Source of the DNA: Candidatus Parcubacteria bacterium
Lineage (GTDB): Bacteria; Patescibacteriota; Patescibacteriia; Patescibacteriales; UBA12075
Direction: 5' to 3'
Assembly: GCA_963814275.1 (NCBI GenBank)
Contig: CAWFCE010000002.1
Span: forward strand, 362,537 to 426,536
DNA length: 64,000 nucleotides
Shown in pieces: positions 61,718 through 64,000 of the stretch (positions are counted from its first letter, which is position 1; each line of letters opens with the position of its first letter). The notes under the pieces were generated by a model, which did no database searches, was not told the DNA's origin, and saw only the letters and a list, made by a program, of their open reading frames with translations. Position numbers and translations under genes: made by a program.

Positions 61718-64000
61718 ATGGAGAAAAAAATTATTCCGATAAACAGTTATGATCTAAGGGCAAGCAATACTGAACGATGGAGAAAACATTTTAAGCAAAA
61801 CGAGGATGATAGAAAAACAAGCATACCCTATTGGGAGTATTTGCATTTGCTTCAAGCCAACCCCGACGGCTTACTGCAGAATATATATCAGACATTCAGT
61901 AAGATGATAGAAGTATATCTGGGATCGGGAAAAACCGTTAACCGCAATGATACTGAAGACGCAGGTTTTCGCCGATATAATGGTAACAAAATGTTTTCCG
62001 ATAATCAGCCAAAACCATTTGTGCCAAGCAACACTTTTCTCAACCGATTGATAGAAATTAAAAAAATGATGACCTCCGGGATTGAAAACAAGTATTATTT
62101 ATTCATGGGTAAACAAGGAAGCGGGAAAACCAGTTTTTTGGATTGCATATTGAGGAAATTCGAGGAGTTTACCGGTAGTGAAGAAGGAATGATGTTCGCG
62201 GCAGAATACCATCTGCCCCGTAGTATTTTCTCGAAATTCGATGACCGCGACAAGAAACTGGCCGACTTGATCGCCCAAGTTATAAAGGAGAAAGAGAAAG
62301 AAGATAAAGAACATGATAATGTTAACGAATCAGCTGACGCGAGTGATGATGTCGTCATAAAATGTCCCTATTGCTGCCATCCAGTGACGATAATTCCCAT
62401 CGAATCAAACGGCGATCGGGAATTTCGGCTTAATTTTCTGGCAGATTTGCTCAAATTGGAAAAAAGGGGGGATATCGGATATTCTTATTTACTGAGGAAT
62501 AGTACTGAGTACAACTGGGTAAGGCAATGGCGATGTTGTCCATTCTGCGAATCGATGTATGCCGCAATAGACGAAAGGATCAATTCGGACGATAATTTGA
62601 AACATCATACGGCATTTGATTTTTTAAAGGTTCGTCGTTATTTGCCGACGAGAAGAATGGGCTACGGAATCAGCGTGTACAACCTGGAAGAACCGATTGC
62701 GGTACAGCATAATATCGATAATTTGTCCGATATCCGGCGTTGGCTTACCAATAACTTGGGGCCGGATGTTTTTTACGGGTTTTCCGCAAATTACCGGGTA
62801 GCAAACGGAATCTTGGCGTTGGAAGAGCTCAAGGGAGAAAATGCAAAAAGGTTTCTGTCCATGCAAACTGTTGTATCGAACGAGATCGAAAAAATTGACG
62901 GAAAAGATGTGCCAATCCACACATTAGTCTTGGTGGTCTGTAATCCGGAGAATTTTGAACCTATCAGCAAAGTCCCGGAAAACGCCCCGCTGATGGCCAG
63001 AGTGGAAAAAACAGATATACCATACCCCCCCGACTTACCGGCGGAAAAAAAGATATACCAAATCGCTTATGACCAGGACTGGCTTAATGACTTTATGCCT
63101 TTGGTGGTCGAAACTTTTGCGTTGGTAATGGTATCGACCAGATATGAGAAATATTCTCAGGTAATAAAAGAATGGCTTGGCCATAAGTTGGCAAACAAAT
63201 ATATACGCTACTCTGACCCCGACGGATTGATACTCCGCATCGCATTGGCCAATGACGATATTCCATTCTGGATGAAAAAAGTAGATTGGGACTTATTTTC
63301 CAAAGATCTAAGAAAAAGGTTTTTTGCCGAATTGCAAAAAGCAGGAATTGACAAAGGCATAGGCAGTCGGGATTCCATTAAAATCCTTGGTGCATTCCAT
63401 AAACAAAAAAAGAGAGAAAATCATTTGTTAAGTATTAAGGATCTCTTGGAATTTTTCGAGAAGTTTCCTGCCAATGTCAGTAAAATCAATGGGGATTTCA
63501 ATAATATGATCCCCGAGGGTTTTATTGAGTGCGCAGAAAGATATTATCAATACAATCTTCTGAGGTTGGTAAAGAAGGCCGGCTTTCAGGTGTTTCCCGA
63601 GGAAATTAAAAAACAAGTATTGCATTATTTATTCGCAATATTTGAAAATAATAATACCGAAAAAAAATGTCGTTATACCGGCGAAGTCGTAAAAATTACG
63701 GAAGAATTTATTGACAATATAGAAACTAAATTGGTCGACGGAGACAAGGGAAATTTTAGGAAAGAAGTGAGACGTACATATAACACCTTAACATTGCATG
63801 AAATAGGAGGTGATCATGACAAAATCGTTGAAACGGAATTATATGGTGATTTGTATAAACGCTTGTTCGAATATCAATGCGAAAACTGCCTGGATGATTA
63901 TTTAAAAAATAAGAATTTTCGCCGGGCAGTAAGTGATTGCCATAAGCCGGAATTCAGAATCGCTTATGATAAAAAATTACAAGATGAAATTAATTTTATA
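61718..64000 (+). CDS. PrkA-like AAA ATPase / putative Ser kinase (3' end beyond window)
   Basis: Hand translation is open from ATG 61718 (SD GGGAGGTGA) to the window edge, 761 codons. It is absent from the ORF track because there is no stop. Motifs: Walker A FMGKQGSGKTSF; Cys clusters CPYCCHP and CCPFCE; ANGILALEELKGENAKRFL and VVCNPENFE..ARVEKTDIPYPPDLPAEKKIYQ resemble PrkA blocks. Confidence 0.6.
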   Translation, partial: MEKKIIPINSYDLRASNTERWRKHFKQNEDDRKTSIPYWEYLHLLQANPDGLLQNIYQTFSKMIEVYLGSGKTVNRNDTEDAGFRRYNGNKMFSDNQPKPFVPSNTFLNRLIEIKKMMTSGIENKYYLFMGKQGSGKTSFLDCILRKFEEFTGSEEGMMFAAEYHLPRSIFSKFDDRDKKLADLIAQVIKEKEKEDKEHDNVNESADASDDVVIKCPYCCHPVTIIPIESNGDREFRLNFLADLLKLEKRGDIGYSYLLRNSTEYNWVRQWRCCPFCESMYAAIDERINSDDNLKHHTAFDFLKVRRYLPTRRMGYGISVYNLEEPIAVQHNIDNLSDIRRWLTNNLGPDVFYGFSANYRVANGILALEELKGENAKRFLSMQTVVSNEIEKIDGKDVPIHTLVLVVCNPENFEPISKVPENAPLMARVEKTDIPYPPDLPAEKKIYQIAYDQDWLNDFMPLVVETFALVMVSTRYEKYSQVIKEWLGHKLANKYIRYSDPDGLILRIALANDDIPFWMKKVDWDLFSKDLRKRFFAELQKAGIDKGIGSRDSIKILGAFHKQKKRENHLLSIKDLLEFFEKFPANVSKINGDFNNMIPEGFIECAERYYQYNLLRLVKKAGFQVFPEEIKKQVLHYLFAIFENNNTEKKCRYTGEVVKITEEFIDNIETKLVDGDKGNFRKEVRRTYNTLTLHEIGGDHDKIVETELYGDLYKRLFEYQCENCLDDYLKNKNFRRAVSDCHKPEFRIAYDKKLQDEINFI

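Overview
This 64-kb window has coding sequence of roughly 50-55% GC separated by very AT-rich spacers. The gene content includes a TrmB-type regulator, YvcK, stand-alone GlmU-N-like and GlmS-SIS-like enzymes, EndoQ, VanW, DUF3006, a four-helix-bundle 'IVS' protein, cohesin and dockerin modules, and giant surface ORFs. That mix suggests a Patescibacteria/CPR-like monoderm bacterium, but this is inference only. Layout: positions 1-343 are the tail of an rRNA operon (23S 3' end plus 5S). Positions 1.2-19 kb hold housekeeping and envelope genes, an orphan structured sRNA candidate, and a tRNA-Ile(UAU)/tRNA-Val pair. Positions 19.3-59.4 kb form a same-strand cell-surface island. It opens with a membrane-anchored HTH protein, followed by paralogous giant proteins of 2,185 aa and 5,248 aa; the larger one carries 5.17 perfect 330-bp in-frame repeats. 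An inverted-repeat-flanked four-helix-bundle gene cassette lies between the two giant genes. Next comes a MerR-headed block with two secreted ~365-aa subunits that share the giant protein's C-terminal '..AGDY..PTY' domain, plus three membrane-anchored two-domain paralogs. This architecture resembles Firmicutes WxL/DUF916 surface-complex loci and is my best candidate for an undescribed system. The island ends with two FGE/SUMF1-like membrane proteins, a dockerin protein, Hsp20, and a membrane-anchored cohesin protein. Positions 59.5-61.3 kb encode a PIG-L deacetylase and a GT4 glycosyltransferase. Positions 61.3-64 kb are a lower-GC segment with a leader/attenuator-like structure and a PrkA-like ATPase/kinase ORF that runs off the window. 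Gene boundaries throughout carry families of short 'word' repeats: CGAATG-core words, 11-nt-phased ACGCGGATT arrays, and heptamer runs. These usually occur as inverted pairs, and the same words also occur in frame inside the giant genes. All functional calls come from by-eye motif recognition; no database or structure searches were run.
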